A stretch of 64,000 nt of DNA from Octopus sinensis (lineage: Eukaryota), in contig NC_043014.1 of the NCBI RefSeq assembly GCF_006345805.1, positions 41,416,001 to 41,480,000 of the forward strand, given 5' to 3'. This document shows positions 1-13,100 of the stretch, piece after piece. Within the stretch, counting starts at the first letter, position 1; each line of letters begins with the position of its first letter. The translations under genes and the position numbers were made by a program. A model generated the notes under the pieces. It searched no databases and was not told where the DNA came from. It saw only the letters and a list, made by a program, of their open reading frames with translations.

Positions 1-97
1 GTCAAGCAGACTTGTGACAACCCAGCTTTTCCTTTGATATTCTTTTTAAAAAATGAAACATAAATTATGGAGGCTCATATCGTAAAAAAGCAGTTAT

Positions 98-330
98 TGG
101 AAAGCACGTTGCCTTGTGGTTAGAGTGTGCACCCACGATCTTAATATCGCGGTTTCCATTCCTGGATCAGGCAGTGGTTTGTGTTCTCGAGCAAAGCATT
201 TCATTTGACGTTGTTCTAACCCTTTCAACCGTAAATGAATCCCACCAATATCTGGAAGGCTACACACCGGCTTTCTGTTCAATGGAGATGGGCATTGGGG
301 GTCGTAGTCTCAGTCATTTATACACCATGG
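98..330 (+). mobile_element. Degenerate CORE-type tRNA-derived SINE (family D)
   Basis: A/B-box-like head (tggttagagtg...ggtttccattcc) followed by CORE-like gtgttctcgagcaaagcatttcatttgacgttg. Similar to 42868-43192. Confidence 0.55.
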
Positions 331-516
331 AAACCAATTTTAAACTACAAAGTTTTACGCTCTAGACCTTATGACAGACCTAACCCTGAGCTAAACCTGA
401 CAGTTATGACGATTTAGCTACTACATCTAGCAGGTCTGGCACCCAATTAGAGTTCCGTTTATTCGTTCGTTATATATTGTTTGATAATCAGAAGTAATAA
501 ATAATCAGAATATATT

Positions 517-752
517 TATATTTCATTACTGCCCACAAGGGGCTAAACACAGAAAGGACAAACAAGGACAGACAAAGGGATTAAGTCGATTACATCGACT
601 CCAGTGTGTAACTGGTACTTATTTAATCGACCCCGAAAGGATGAAAGGCAAAGTCGACCTCGGCGGAATTTGAACTCAGAACGTAGCGGCAGACGAAATA
701 CCGCTTAGCATTTCGCCCGGCGTGCTAACGTTTCTGCCAAGCTTGCCGCCTT
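517..752 (-). mobile_element. SINE family A, full-length monomer
   Basis: Minus-strand head aaggcggc..gcagaaacgttagcacg..gagttcaaattcc and central gcctttcatcctttcggggtcgat..agtaccag (resembles the MetaSINE domain, tentative). 17-bp TSD aataatcagaatatatt at 500-516 and 753-769. Confidence 0.9.
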
Positions 753-1064
753 AATAATCAGAATATATTATTGGCTTCTAATTCCTATTTCATTGGGTCG
801 AGTTTGTATTTTCTCTTTTGTATTCTATTTTAAAAATTAAAATCGTTTGTATCGGATTTGACACATCATGTGTGTGTGTGTATGTGTGCAAGTGGGGGTG
901 AGTGAGTATATGCATATTTATTTATATTTTGATTTGTCTTATGAACTAAATGTACACATAAACAATACACTCATTCATCTGTATGTGTCTTTTGACAACT
1001 ATCCGATTTTAATGATGTTGATAATTATCCAATAATTACCTTTTAATAATTATCTAATCATAAA

Positions 1065-1266
1065 ACAATATGTATGTGTATGTGTATGCATGGATATGTA
1101 TATATATGCAAATAGACTAATTGATATATACACACACACACACACACATATACATATATATATCTATATATATATGTATATATGTATGTATGTATGTATG
1201 TATCTTTGTATGTATGTATGTATGTATGTATGTATGTATGCATGTATGTATGTGTGTATATATGCA
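1065..1266. repeat. Compound (CA)n/(TA)n/(TATG)n microsatellite
   Basis: Direct inspection. Confidence 0.9.
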
Positions 1267-1811
1267 TCTAGCTTATTTGCATATCTCATTAGTTAGTTTA
1301 GGTAGACTATTATGTATGCATTAAACAACTTGTGTACATTATTCGAATTAAGAGTTTGATATTTGCTATTGATTCAATAGTGGTAACACGCTATCTTAAA
1401 AGTAGTAACAGTGTGGTGTATGTTACAATATGAAAACTAGCGTTTATATTTTCGATAGTTTTGACATGAAATGAAGTCATCGTTATCTTGAAGTAACTGA
1501 ACATAATTTGAGACATGATCGTAGAAAGTTTAAAGGAAAAGGGTTATTTCGTTCATATTCACACGGACACACTCTAGCTCTTCCCATCCTTCTCTCTGTC
1601 TCACACACACACATACACTCAGGCACACAGACACGTACAGACACACGCATTCGATAAATGGGACACGTGGAACTCGGTGTGACAATTTAAGAGCTTGGAA
1701 AGCCTAATCAAATTTTTATTAGTCATTGTGTCTATTGAGAGAAGCATTTCTCTTTCTAATAGTGTGTGGAGAGAGAGAGAGAGGGGGGAGAGGAGATGAG
1801 GGGGAGGGAGA

Positions 1812-2810
1812 AAGAGAGAGAGAAATTGAAGACAGGTAGACAGACAGTGTGTATGAGAGAGAGAGAGAGAATTGAAGACAGGTAGACAGCCTGTGTATGA
1901 GAGGAGAGAGAGAAATTGAAGACAGGAACAGACAGTGTGTATTAGAGAGAGAGAGAGAAATGAAGACAGGTTGACAGACAGTGTGTATGAGAAAGAGAGA
2001 GGAAATTGAAGACAGGTAGACAGACAGTGTGTATGAAGAGAGAGAGAGAATTGAAGACAGTAGACAGACAGTGTGTATGAGAGAGAGAGAGAGAAATGGA
2101 AGACAGTAGACAGACATTGTGTATGAGAGAGAGAGAGAGAAATTGAAGACAGGAGACAGACAGTGTGTATGAGAGAGAGAGAGAGAAATTGAGACAGGTA
2201 GACAGACAGTGTGTATGAGAGAGAGAGAGAGAATTGAAGACAGGTAGACAGACAGTGTGTATGAGAAAGAGAGAGAGAAATTGAAGACAGGTAGACAACA
2301 GTGTGTATGAGAGAGAGAGAGAGAGAGAAGATTGAAGACAGGTAGACAGACAGTGTGTATGAGAGAGAGAGAGAGAAATTGAAGACAGGTAGACAGACAG
2401 TGTGTATTAGAGAGAGGAGAGAAATTGAAGACAGTATACAGACAGTGTGTAGTGGGAGCGAGAGAGAGAGAAATTGAAGACAGGTAGACAGACAGTGTGT
2501 ATGAGAGAGAGAGAGAGAAATTGAAGACAGGTAGACAGACAGTGTGTATGAGAGAGAGAGAGAGAAATTGAAGACAGGTAGACAGACAGTGTGTATGAGA
2601 AAGAGAGAGAGAAATTGAAGACAGGTAGACAGACAGTGTGTATGAGAGAGAGAGAGAGAAATTGAAGACAGGTAGACAGACAGTGTGTATGAGAAAAAGG
2701 AGAGAGAAAGATTGAAGACAGTAGACAGACGTGTGTATGAGAAAGGAGAGAGAGAAATTGAAGACAGGTAGACAGACAGTGTGTATGAGAGAGAGAGAGA
2801 GAGAGAAACC
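1812..2810 (+). repeat. Minisatellite, about 20 copies of a ~47-bp unit
   Basis: Unit is aattgaagacaggtagacagacagtgtgtat plus a variable (GA)n. Confidence 0.95.
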
Positions 2811-2874
2811 GACAGACAGATCGCTAGATAGACAAAAACATTGAGAGATAAAGCTAGATATCTTTGTATTCTTG

Positions 2875-3104
2875 TATTCTTTTATATGTTTCAGTCATTT
2901 GACTGCGGCCATGTTGGAGCACTGCTTTTAGTCGAGCAAATCGACCCCAGGACTTATTCTTTATAAGTCTAGTACTTATTCTGTCGGTCGCTCTCTTGCC
3001 GAACCGCTAAGTTACGGGGACGTAAACACACCAACATCGGTTGTCAAGCGATGTTGGGGGACAAACACAGATACACAAACTTATTTTCCATGCATACACA
3101 CATG

Positions 3105-3140
<36 letters not shown>

Positions 3141-3360
3141 ACACACACACATATATATATATATATACATACACACACACACATATATATATATATACAA
3201 CGGGCTTCTTTCAGTTTCTGTCTACCAAATCCACTCACAAGGCTTTGGTCGGCGAGGTTATAGTAGAAGACACTTGCCCAAGGTGCCACACAGTGGGACT
3301 GAACCCGGAAGCATGTGGTTGGTAAGCAAACTGCTTACCACACAGCTACTCCTGCGCCTA
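2875..3360 (-). mobile_element. SINE family B (tRNA-like head, internal microsatellite, 3' module)
   Basis: Minus head aggcgcaggagtagctgtgtggtaag..ccgggttcagtccc, then ccttgggcaagtgtcttc, internal (TA)/(TG)n, tail ..gcagtcaaatgactgaaac. Confidence 0.9.
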
Positions 3361-3364
3361 TAAC

Positions 3365-3406
<42 letters not shown>

Positions 3407-3582
3407 ATATCGTATGTGTCTGTCTGTCTGTCTGTCTGTCTTCCGTCTCTCTCAGTGATTAGTCGACTGGCCTTTCGATCAAAGGTCGTCGCTTCGATTC
3501 TCGGTCTGTAAGACATTTTTTTTTTTTTTTTTTGTACTTGTTTCAGTCATTTGACTGCGGCCATGCGGAGCACCGCCTTTTT

Positions 3583-3752
3583 AGGTGGTGAAAGAGTACA
3601 GCAGGGATCACCACCATCCCCTGCCGGAGCCTCGTGGAGCTTTTTAGGTGTTTTCGCTCAATAAACACACACAACACCCGGTCTGGGAATCGAAACCGCG
3701 ATCCTACGACCGCAAGTCCGCTGCCCTAACCACTGGGCCATTGCGCCTCCAC
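3583..3752 (-). mobile_element. SINE family C 5' part, joined to a family B tail fragment (3536-3580)
   Basis: Minus head ggaggcgcaatggcccagtggttagggcagcggac..ggtttcgattccc matches 63180. Confidence 0.85.
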
Positions 3753-3883
3753 ATGTTGCGTTCTTTTGTGATAAGGCATTTCAGATATAGTTCAAGTTGC
3801 CCCAGTCTACTCCCCTCGCAAGAATGTATGTTAAAATTGGCTGAGCACATGTTCAGCACCAAGTTAACACTACTACTTCCCTA

Positions 3884-4428
3884 TTTCTTCTTCTTCTTCT
3901 TCTTCTTCTTCTTCTTCTTCTTCTTCTTCTTCTACTTCTCTTCTTCTTCTTCCTCTTCTTCTTCTTCCTCTTCTTCTCCGTCTTCTTCTTCTCTGTCTTC
4001 TTCTTCTCCTTCTTCTTCGTCTTCTTCTTCTTCTTCTTCTTCTCCGTCTTCTTCTTCTCTGTCTTCTTCTTCTCCTTCTTCTTCGTCCTTCTTTTCTTCT
4101 TCTTCTTCTTCTTCTTCTTCTTCTTCTTCTTCTTCTTCCACTTCTTCTTCTTCCTCTTCTTCTCCGTCTTCTTCTTCTCTGTCTTCTTCTTCTCCTTCTT
4201 CTTCTTCTGCTTCTTCTTCTTCCTCTTCTTCTCCGTCTTCTTCTTCTCTGTCTTCTTCTTCTTTTCTCCCCTCTTCTTCTTCTTCTACTTCCCTTCTTCT
4301 TCTTCCTCTTCTTCTTCTTCCTCTTCTTCTCCGTCTTCTTCTTCTCTGTCTTCTTCTTCTCCTTCTTCTTCGTCTTCTTCTTCTTCTTCTTCTTCTTCTT
4401 CTTCTTCTTCTACTTCCCTTCTTCTTCT

Positions 4429-4461
<33 letters not shown>

Positions 4462-4562
4462 CCTTCTTCTTCTTCTCCTTCTCCTTCTCCTCCTCCTCCT
4501 CCTTCTTCTTCTTCTTCTTCTTCTTCTTCTTCTTCTTCTTCTTCTTCTTCTTCCTTTCTTTC
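3884..4562. repeat. (CTT)n/(GAA)n tract with higher-order variant subunits
   Basis: About 680 nt of almost pure pyrimidine. The block ctccgtcttcttcttctctgtc recurs. Confidence 0.95.
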
Positions 4563-4784
4563 TTTCTTTATTTATTTACTTTTTTGTACAGCTTACACCC
4601 TGATTGTCAGTGATATTTCCGTATCTGAACATCACAAATAATTTTCCATCTCGTGATTTCTCAGAAAACTATATCCTAGTATTGATACACACAGTGTGTT
4701 TGTCCTCGATGAAGGCAATCATTTATGATTTCTAACTTAGGTACACTCACACATTTGGAAGTTGTTGAAAGTTGCGGTGGTGAT

Positions 4785-5375
4785 AAAGTCGATTAAAAAG
4801 ACAACACTAGATGACTGAGACTTAGTTTATCGACCCCGGTAGAATGAAGGGTAGCGTCGGGTTTCGTGAGATGAGAGAACTCGAAACTTAAATGGCACAA
4901 ATATTGACTTTATTTTTGTCTTCGAGCCTTGACATTCATAAGTCCGGATGCCCGGTTTCCTTTTGTATAAGTGATCGAGATCATAATATTACCACTGAAC
5001 GGTATGAGGACCGTTGACAGGCTCAAGGCTTGCAGTTCTGATGCGGAGAAAGAGCAAGCCGATTACATCGCCCTCAACGATTGAACTCCAAAGGGATGAA
5101 AGGCAAAGTTGATCTCAGTGAGATTTGAACTCGGAAGGTAAAATGCCGGAAAAAATGCTGCTATGCATTTGTCCGAGATGCTGAGCTGTCTGTTACCTTG
5201 TCGCCAAGTAATGGCTACAATTCATTTATTTCACTGCTATACCGATCCTAACATCTGTCGTTGAGAAGGGTACACACTTAACTGTTTTTAGCATAGGTAC
5301 AAGACTTAAAATTTGGGACGAAGGGTTAGTCGATTAAATATACCGTAGTATTTAACTGGTACTATATTTATCAAC
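4785..5375 (-). mobile_element. Cluster of old degenerate family A fragments
   Basis: Remnants ttatcgacccc..gaatgaagg (4828-4850), ggatgaaaggcaaagttgatctc (5094-5116), aactggtacta (5354-5364). Confidence 0.6.
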
Positions 5376-5377
5376 TT

Positions 5378-5672
5378 GGAGCCACATGGCCTAGTAGTTA
5401 GAGCAACGGATTTGCGGTCGAGGGATCGCGTGTTGGAATATCAGACCGGATGATGTGTGTACTTATGAGTGAAACACCTAAGCTTCACGTGGCTCCGGCA
5501 GAAGGTAATGGCAGACTTCTGCTGACTCTTTCGCCACAACTTTCTCTCACTCTTTCCTCCTGCATCTAGCAGCTCACCTGCGACGGACCCGTCTAGGTGG
5601 GGAACCTATATGCCAAGGAAACCGGGAAACCGGTCCTTATGAGCCAGGCTTGGCTCGAGAAGGAACAAACAA
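5378..5672 (+). mobile_element. SINE family C-related copy with an alternative 3' tail
   Basis: Head ggagccacatggcctagtagttagagcaacgga..., body aaacacctaagcttcacgtggctccggcag shared with family C, tail cctgcgacggac..ggaaaccggg..ttggctcgagaagg. Confidence 0.75.
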
Positions 5673-7269
5673 TATTTATCAACATCCACAAAAAAAAGAA
5701 AAGAAAGAAAAATGTGAGAATCGGCCTATTCAAGTTTGAACTCAGAACGTAATGATTCGTTACAAACACTGCGAAATGTTTCCTCAGAAATTCTAATGTA
5801 TCTACCAATACATCACCCTGCTGGACACATAATAATGAAATTTATTTTGTTTAAATCCTCGCAGCTTAACCTTAAACTGTTGAATGTTAAACAAGCTCCT
5901 CGCTTTGCCTATAGTGGCTAATTCATCACTAATATAATTGTTGAATTGGAGCTGTAAATTTTTAAAGAGCAAGAATTTCTGTAAGCGCTCCATTATTGAT
6001 TCAGCGTATGATATTATATTTATTGACACTCCAGTGCTAGAAATAAATATAAATCGTATTTTAATTCATATCACGGCTTTACAAAGGCCATTGGGTCTTT
6101 ATAAACTAACAATAATTTGATGCATTGGAGTATTAATAAAAATAGTAAAATTATTTTCTGCTTTATTTTCGTCTCTTGGCAAATTTTATTAGCAAAACTG
6201 CTTAAGAACGTAAGAATGTAAAAATTTTGCTTTCTTCTTTCTGCTAATTTGTCAAAAAATTATTTATGCATGAAAAAATTTCGATGTGTCGCTAGCGGTA
6301 AGGTAAGTTTATAATAAAATATCGATAAGTAAATTAGATGAAAAACGCTGTCAGGGTCACTCAGTTTCTTCGTTGCCAAGGTCATTTACATTCATATTAT
6401 TTTCTGAGTAACATTCAAAGAATTATGAAAATTTCCATGATACAAAAATAAATAAACACATTTACGAAATGTAGAATCTCTATTTGATTTATTTAACGGG
6501 AAAATAATACAAAACATCGAGGTTTTATTATATCTTTTATATTTACATTCATTTTTTTTTTATATAAATTTTCCTTAGAATTTCTGAGTTATGCAGGAAG
6601 AGTTATACAATTATAAACCTTTTTTTAAGGAAAGCAAAGAAACGTGTTGCTTAGTAACTGGTCTAAATGAAAAGAACAAAGTACACTCACTCACACATAC
6701 ATACACAAACGGTAGAAAAATCTACCATAACGGCTTGAACCTGTGTGAGTTGCTGCTATTAATCACAAACGAAATGTTTTCTTATACAAAAGTTAATATG
6801 CTGGTCACGTGTGATTTGTGGCAGATACTCAGAGGTGACCAAACGTATTCTTATATCGCTGACAAATATTCAAAATAATATAAATAACTGGAGAATAAAA
6901 GATGAAGAAATGAATTGCAATAGGTACGTACGGTGCAATGATTTGTGGGTAGGTTGGATGGAAGGGAAGGATAAGTAAGTGTTTTTGTTGAGGGGAGTTT
7001 GAAGAAAAAAATATGAGCGGTATAAATCAATAAAAATAAAATAAAGGGGAAAAAAGGAAAAAAAAAAGACTATGATGAAGATAAGGGGAAAATGGATGGA
7101 GAAAGAGTTTGTAAACAAATAACAGATGTGTAGGTATGTAGAGAGTTGATTCAGGAATAGACAAATAGTAAAATGAAAAAAAAAAATATTGATGGAGAGA
7201 TATGCACTGATGAACGGATTACTTGACTTACGGATAAGCAGAGAATGAAATAAACCGAATATAGGAAAT

Positions 7270-7547
7270 ATTCAAATTGATAAATTGACTGATAGATAGA
7301 TAGATACACAATGTAGAAATACAACGAGATGGATAGAGACATGAATAGGCGTGAAGAGGTAGATATACAAAGTGAGAAACAGCTGGACTGACAGACTGAC
7401 AGGCAGAGGTACAGATATATGGAGAGATGGAGAGATAGACATATGGGTAGTTAGAAAGATATATAGATGGTTAGATAGGTAGGTATGTAGGTAGGTTGGT
7501 AGGTAGGTAGGTAGGTAGGTAGATAGGTAGGTAGGTAGGTAGGTAGG

Positions 7548-7579
<32 letters not shown>

Positions 7580-7667
7580 AGACAGTTATATGGATAGATA
7601 GACATAGAAGATACATGGATACATATATAGTTATGAACACAAGCAGATATATAAACAAACAAGTCGC

Positions 7668-7712
<45 letters not shown>

Positions 7713-9039
7713 GGATGGATGGATGGATGGATGGACGGACAGACGGACGGACGGACGGACGAAGTTAGGGACGGACGGAGCTAGGAACGGACGGACGGAT
7801 GGACAAACAGTTATATGGATAAATAAATAGATAGACATAAGAAGATATAGGGATACCTATATAACTATGTACGCATACAGATACATGAACAAATGAACAA
7901 GTCGCCGGATAGATAAATCGATCGATCGATCGATTGATAGAGAGAGTGAGGTAGATATGTAGGCAGATGGCTGACGGACAGACAGACAGCCAAGTAGACA
8001 ACAAGCGGCATATTGATATATGGAGCAGATAAATCGGCAAACTGATAAATAGAGATACAGATATATGGAAAGTTGATAGACATACAAATGCTAGACATAA
8101 ACATACATGGACCAACAGCTCAAGTCACAGACAAATAGATGGCCAGCCAGATATAATGACAGGCAGATTTATGGACCGACAAATAAATAAACTGGCACAG
8201 AGATGGACAGAGACAGACCAAGAGATACGGTGATGGGTAGACAAACAGCTGACTGACCGACGAATAAATGAACATATATACGTTATAACATATATGACTG
8301 AGATGGACAGAGAAAATATGTAGAGTGAGAGATGACGGAAAAGTGGACAGACAGATAAACGATTGACAGTTATATGGACTGACAGGTCCATATTGACGAA
8401 TAGAGAAATGATAGACTTAGATAGTCCAACAAATAGACGGAGAGATAGGTAGACAGAAAATATACGTTTAGGTAAATTGCTGAACAGGTTGATAGCTCAA
8501 CAGAGTGGCTGTGTGGTAAGTAGCTTGCTTACCAACCACATGGTTCCGGGTTCAGTCCCACTGCGTGGAACTTAGGCGAGTGTCTTCTGCTATAGCCTCG
8601 GGCCGACCAAAGCCTTGTGAGTGGATCTGGAAGACGGAAACTGAAAGAAGCCCGTCGTATATATGTATATATATGTGTGTGTATGTGTGTGTTTTGGGTG
8701 GGTGGTTGGTTGGTTGTGTGTGTGTCTGTATATGTTCCCCACCCCCACAAGATCGCTTGACAACCGATGCTGGTTCGGCAAGAGAGACCGATAGAATAAG
8801 TACTAGGTTTACAAAGAATAAGTCCTGGGGTCAATTTGCTCGATCGACTAAAGGCGGTGCTCCAGCATGGTCGCAGTCAAATGACTGAAACAAGTAAAAG
8901 AGTAAAGAGTAGAATGGTGACCGAGAAATGGCCAGATAGATGGACTTACGGACAGATGAATAGATAGATAGGTAGATAGATGGATAGGTAAATAGATAGA
9001 TACATAAATTGATAGATAAATGACAGACATATATAACTA

Positions 9040-9081
<42 letters not shown>

Positions 9082-9330
9082 GGTTAGACAAACAGATGAA
9101 CTGATGGATTGATTGACGGATAGGTTGATAGATATCTAGCAACATAGAGCAATAGATAGACAGTTACATCGATGGACAGGGATATAGATGAATAGATAAC
9201 AGACGTACATAGACGGATACATGGACAAACAGACAGGCAGGCGGGCAGGCGGGCAGACGGAGAGTTTTGATAAGATTGATGGATTTACAAATAAATGATC
9301 TGCCGATTGATGAGGCGATTTGTTTGTCGG
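7270..9330. repeat. Degenerate purine-rich tetranucleotide satellite field (GATA/GACA/GGAT/GGTA/GGAC)
   Basis: Perfect tracts at 7470-7577, 7668-7760 and 9041-9080 lie within decayed GAYA sequence. Interrupted by a SINE B copy. Confidence 0.8.
8502..8910 (+). mobile_element. SINE family B
   Basis: gagtggctgtgtggtaagtagcttgc ... gcagtcaaatgactgaaacaagtaaaagagtaaagag. Confidence 0.9.
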
Positions 9331-9532
9331 GTAGAAAGCAAAAAAAAGTATACTTCACTGAGTGGTCAGTGGAGATAGATTAAAAAAGATAGATTGACAG
9401 TGTGATACAGGCTAAGACAAATGGCCTTTGACAAAAAGACAGACAGATGTAATAATAGATTGGTAAACAAAAACAAAATACTCGTATAGATAGTTGATAA
9501 CTTAACAGCTAGATGGATAGCTATAAACGTAG

Positions 9533-9590
<58 letters not shown>

Positions 9591-9599
<9 letters not shown>

Positions 9600-9857
9600 A
9601 TTTAGGGTATCTAAGGGATACCGCCATGCTGAAAATGGCAGCCATAATTGTATCTTGTCTTTTTGTCTTCTCTCCTTGTGCTGTATCGGCATTTAATGTG
9701 TTTTAGAGTCAGATCCTGGTTGCTATTTTCAGCATGGCGGTATCCCTTAGATACCTAAATTATAATTTTAATAATAATTATTACCTTTGAAGGTTTTTAT
9801 TTCCATGCTGGCCACTTGATAAGATCGTTTTTTAATTTAAATTAGCGATCTTATCCT
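9591..9857. repeat. Asymmetric fold-back element in a (TA)n tract
   Basis: ~53-bp inverted arms at 9591-9644 and 9717-9769, plus an unpaired extension to ~9857. Flanked by (TA)n on both sides. Confidence 0.8.
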
Positions 9858-9871
9858 TATATATATATAAT

Positions 9872-9907
<36 letters not shown>

Positions 9908-10149
9908 CAAACGGTATATGTACACATATGTACGTACATGAATACATGCATATTTACGTACATTTATACACATTGAAAAACCACCGACAGACAGACAAAC
10001 GGACAGACAGACATGCAGATAGACAGACGGGCGGTCGGACAGACAGATAGTCAAGCAGACAGATATGTGTAATAACTATATGGAAAGACAAAGTAAATAG
10101 GACCTAGCCGAGTAGAACGGAACAGATACAGAGATGTATATGGAAATCA

Positions 10150-10645
10150 AACATACACACACACACACACACACAGATACACACACACACACACACACAT
10201 ACACGCACACGAACTAATAAAGCATAAACACTTTCCACATTTTTGTCCTTATAGTACATATGTTAGTATATATATGCGCGTGTGTGTGTGCGGTTATATG
10301 CATTCCTGTGTGTATGTATATGTATTCTGATATATATATTATATATATATATATAATATATATATATATATATGTTATATGTATATGTATATATGTATGT
10401 TCTATATGTATGTATATGTATATGTATGTATGTATATATGTATGTATATATATATGTATATATGTATATATATATTGTATATATATATATGTATATATAT
10501 GCATATATGTATATATATATGTATATATATGTATATATGTATGTATAATATGTATTTATATGTATGTATATATGTATATATATGTATATATGATATATAT
10601 GTGCACATAATATATATATTATATATATAATATATATATGTGTGT

Positions 10646-10687
<42 letters not shown>

Positions 10688-10912
10688 ATATGTATATATA
10701 TAATATGTGTGTGTGTGTGTGTGTGTGTACGTGTATGTACACACGCGTCTGTATTCCGATGCAAGCAATCTCAAGTTGATAAACAAATATTAATAGAAGA
10801 TAGGGAAAAGGAAACGGCTGCTGTGTTTATATATAGTTTAGTTTTAGAGAAGCAATGTAGAGAAACCAGAGACTATAGAACAGTATAGAACAGCAACCTA
10901 TACAAAGGCAAT

Positions 10913-10956
<44 letters not shown>

Positions 10957-12050
10957 ATACATTTACAAGCTGAACATCGGAAAATAACGACAAAATCGAT
11001 TTTAGAAATGATGAAAAGATGCTACGTTTGGCGGAGTATGGGATGTATTGCTCACTGGTGCTGAAACAATGCGAGCGATTACGAAGATTAAAAGCATCAT
11101 AGTCTGCTGTGATAAGGGAACTAAAAGGGAATAGCTTCTGTTTGGATTAGCTTCCATTTTGGTTTATGTATATTTTTGTGTGTGTTGTGTGTGTTGTGTG
11201 TGTTGTATATTGTATATCACATGCTTGCAATACTGTATCATGTGTGCGTCTGTATAGGTTGGTAGTTATGTGTGTCAGCGAGCATGTAGGTATATATGTG
11301 TGTATGTATGTATGTATGTATGTATGTATGTATGTATGTATGTGTGTATTTTGGTATGTATGTATGTATGTATGTATATATGTATGTGTGTGTGTATGTA
11401 TGTATGTATGTGTATATGTTGGTATGTATGTGTGTGTACGTATGTATATATGTTGGTATGTATGTACATAAGCACGTAGGTGTATGTGTGTATGTATATA
11501 TATATATATTACACACATACATACACATATACATATATGTTTTTATATGCATTTATATAAGTACATATATACATACATACACACATCTAAAACTGTACAT
11601 ATATGTATACATATATATACGTACATGTATGTCAATAATTTTTAATATATATGTGTGTGTATGTGTTCATGTGTGAGTGCGAACGTGTGTAAATATATAT
11701 GTCAAACACACACACGCACATACACACATACAAACACATATATATATATCATCCCTCATTTACATACATAATCAATACATATCATGCGCTAATCACTCAT
11801 TTACATATATAATGAATATATCTCACATTCACACACACATACCCCACATACACACACACATGTACACATATATATATACATTTACACTTCAGCGTAGGCA
11901 CACACCTTTATACCAAATACACCACTATACATCACTCAAATTTTGGCCTATACGACGCACACATCACGATCACACACACACACACACACATATATATATA
12001 CACACACATATATATATGCACATATATATATATATATACATTTACACTTA
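10150..12050. repeat. Extended (CA)n/(TA)n/(TATG)n low-complexity field
   Basis: Direct inspection. Short unique islands at about 10750-11160. Confidence 0.85.
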
Positions 12051-12679
12051 AACGTAGTCACACACCTTTATACCAAATACGCATCCATACATCACTCATA
12101 TTTTTGGCCTATACGAAGCACACACCACGAACGCACAACTTTTTATACATACAAACGTAAACACGCACATCACATCATAACTAACTGATATCTTATATCT
12201 TATAACAAGACCAACACATGTCACACATACTCAAATATCTCACACAGATATATCGTACAGTTAACGTACCTTATTCAAACACACACACAGACACGCACAC
12301 ACACAGCTTAAACATAATAGCATCGATAAAGCAGCCAGTCTATGTTTATATACATCTTAAAGCGACCGTACATATAGCACTAATGCTGGTTGATATTGTT
12401 AATTCTTTCAACGTGAATCGGTAAACAATTGCTTACAATAAACTTGAGGCTGCTTAAAGCGACAAATATAAAATATAAAGAATGTTTATAAACACTTGAT
12501 ACGGAGAAATTGCATAAATATAACACTAGGAGACGGGGTATAATTTATGAGGGGAAAAACCTGAGTGTGTGTTCGCGCGGGAAAAAGTGAAGAGAAGTAT
12601 ATGGTAAAATGTACGTGTTTTCATAGTCTATGCAATTAAGTTATTAAATTTAAAAGTTTAATAAAAGCAAAATGAGTGT

Positions 12680-12825
12680 AAGGCGCAGGAGTGGCTGTAA
12701 GGTAAGTAGCTTGCTTACCAACCACGTGGCACCTTGGGCAAGTGTCTTCTACTATAGCGCCGGGCCGACCAAAGCCTTGTGAGTGGATTTGGTAGACGGA
12801 AACTGATAGAATCCCGTCGTATATA

Positions 12826-12877
<52 letters not shown>

Positions 12878-13100
12878 TGTGTGTGTGTCTGTGTGTTTGT
12901 GTTTGTCCCCCCCCCACATCGCTTGACAACCGATGCTGGTGTGTTTACGTCCCCGTAACTTAGCGGTTCGGCAAAAGTGACCGATAGAATAAGTACTAGG
13001 CTTACAAAGAATTAGTCCATGGGTCGATTTGCTCGACTAAAGGCGGTGCTCCAGCAAAGCCGCAGTCACAAGACTGAAACAAGTAAAAGAGTAAAGAGTA
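12680..13100 (+). mobile_element. SINE family B
   Basis: Head aggcgcaggagtggctg, internal (TG)n, tail gactgaaacaagtaaaagagtaaagag. Confidence 0.9.

Noticed and set aside
1812-2810. CRISPR-like repeat-spacer appearance
   Set aside because: The spacers are only (GA)n, the context is eukaryotic, and there are no cas genes.
3648-4613. 321-aa ORF, the longest in the track
   Set aside because: It starts inside a SINE and is poly-S/F/L translated from the (CTT)n tract.
6270-6307. ATG..GGTAAG|GTAAGT as the first exon of the CUB gene
   Set aside because: It encodes MKKFRCVAS with no signal peptide, and there is a stop just upstream in frame.
11003-11101. Minus-strand 32-aa ORF with a signal-peptide-like start (MMLLIFVIARIVSAP)
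   Set aside because: Too short, with no supporting context, and expected by chance in T-rich DNA.
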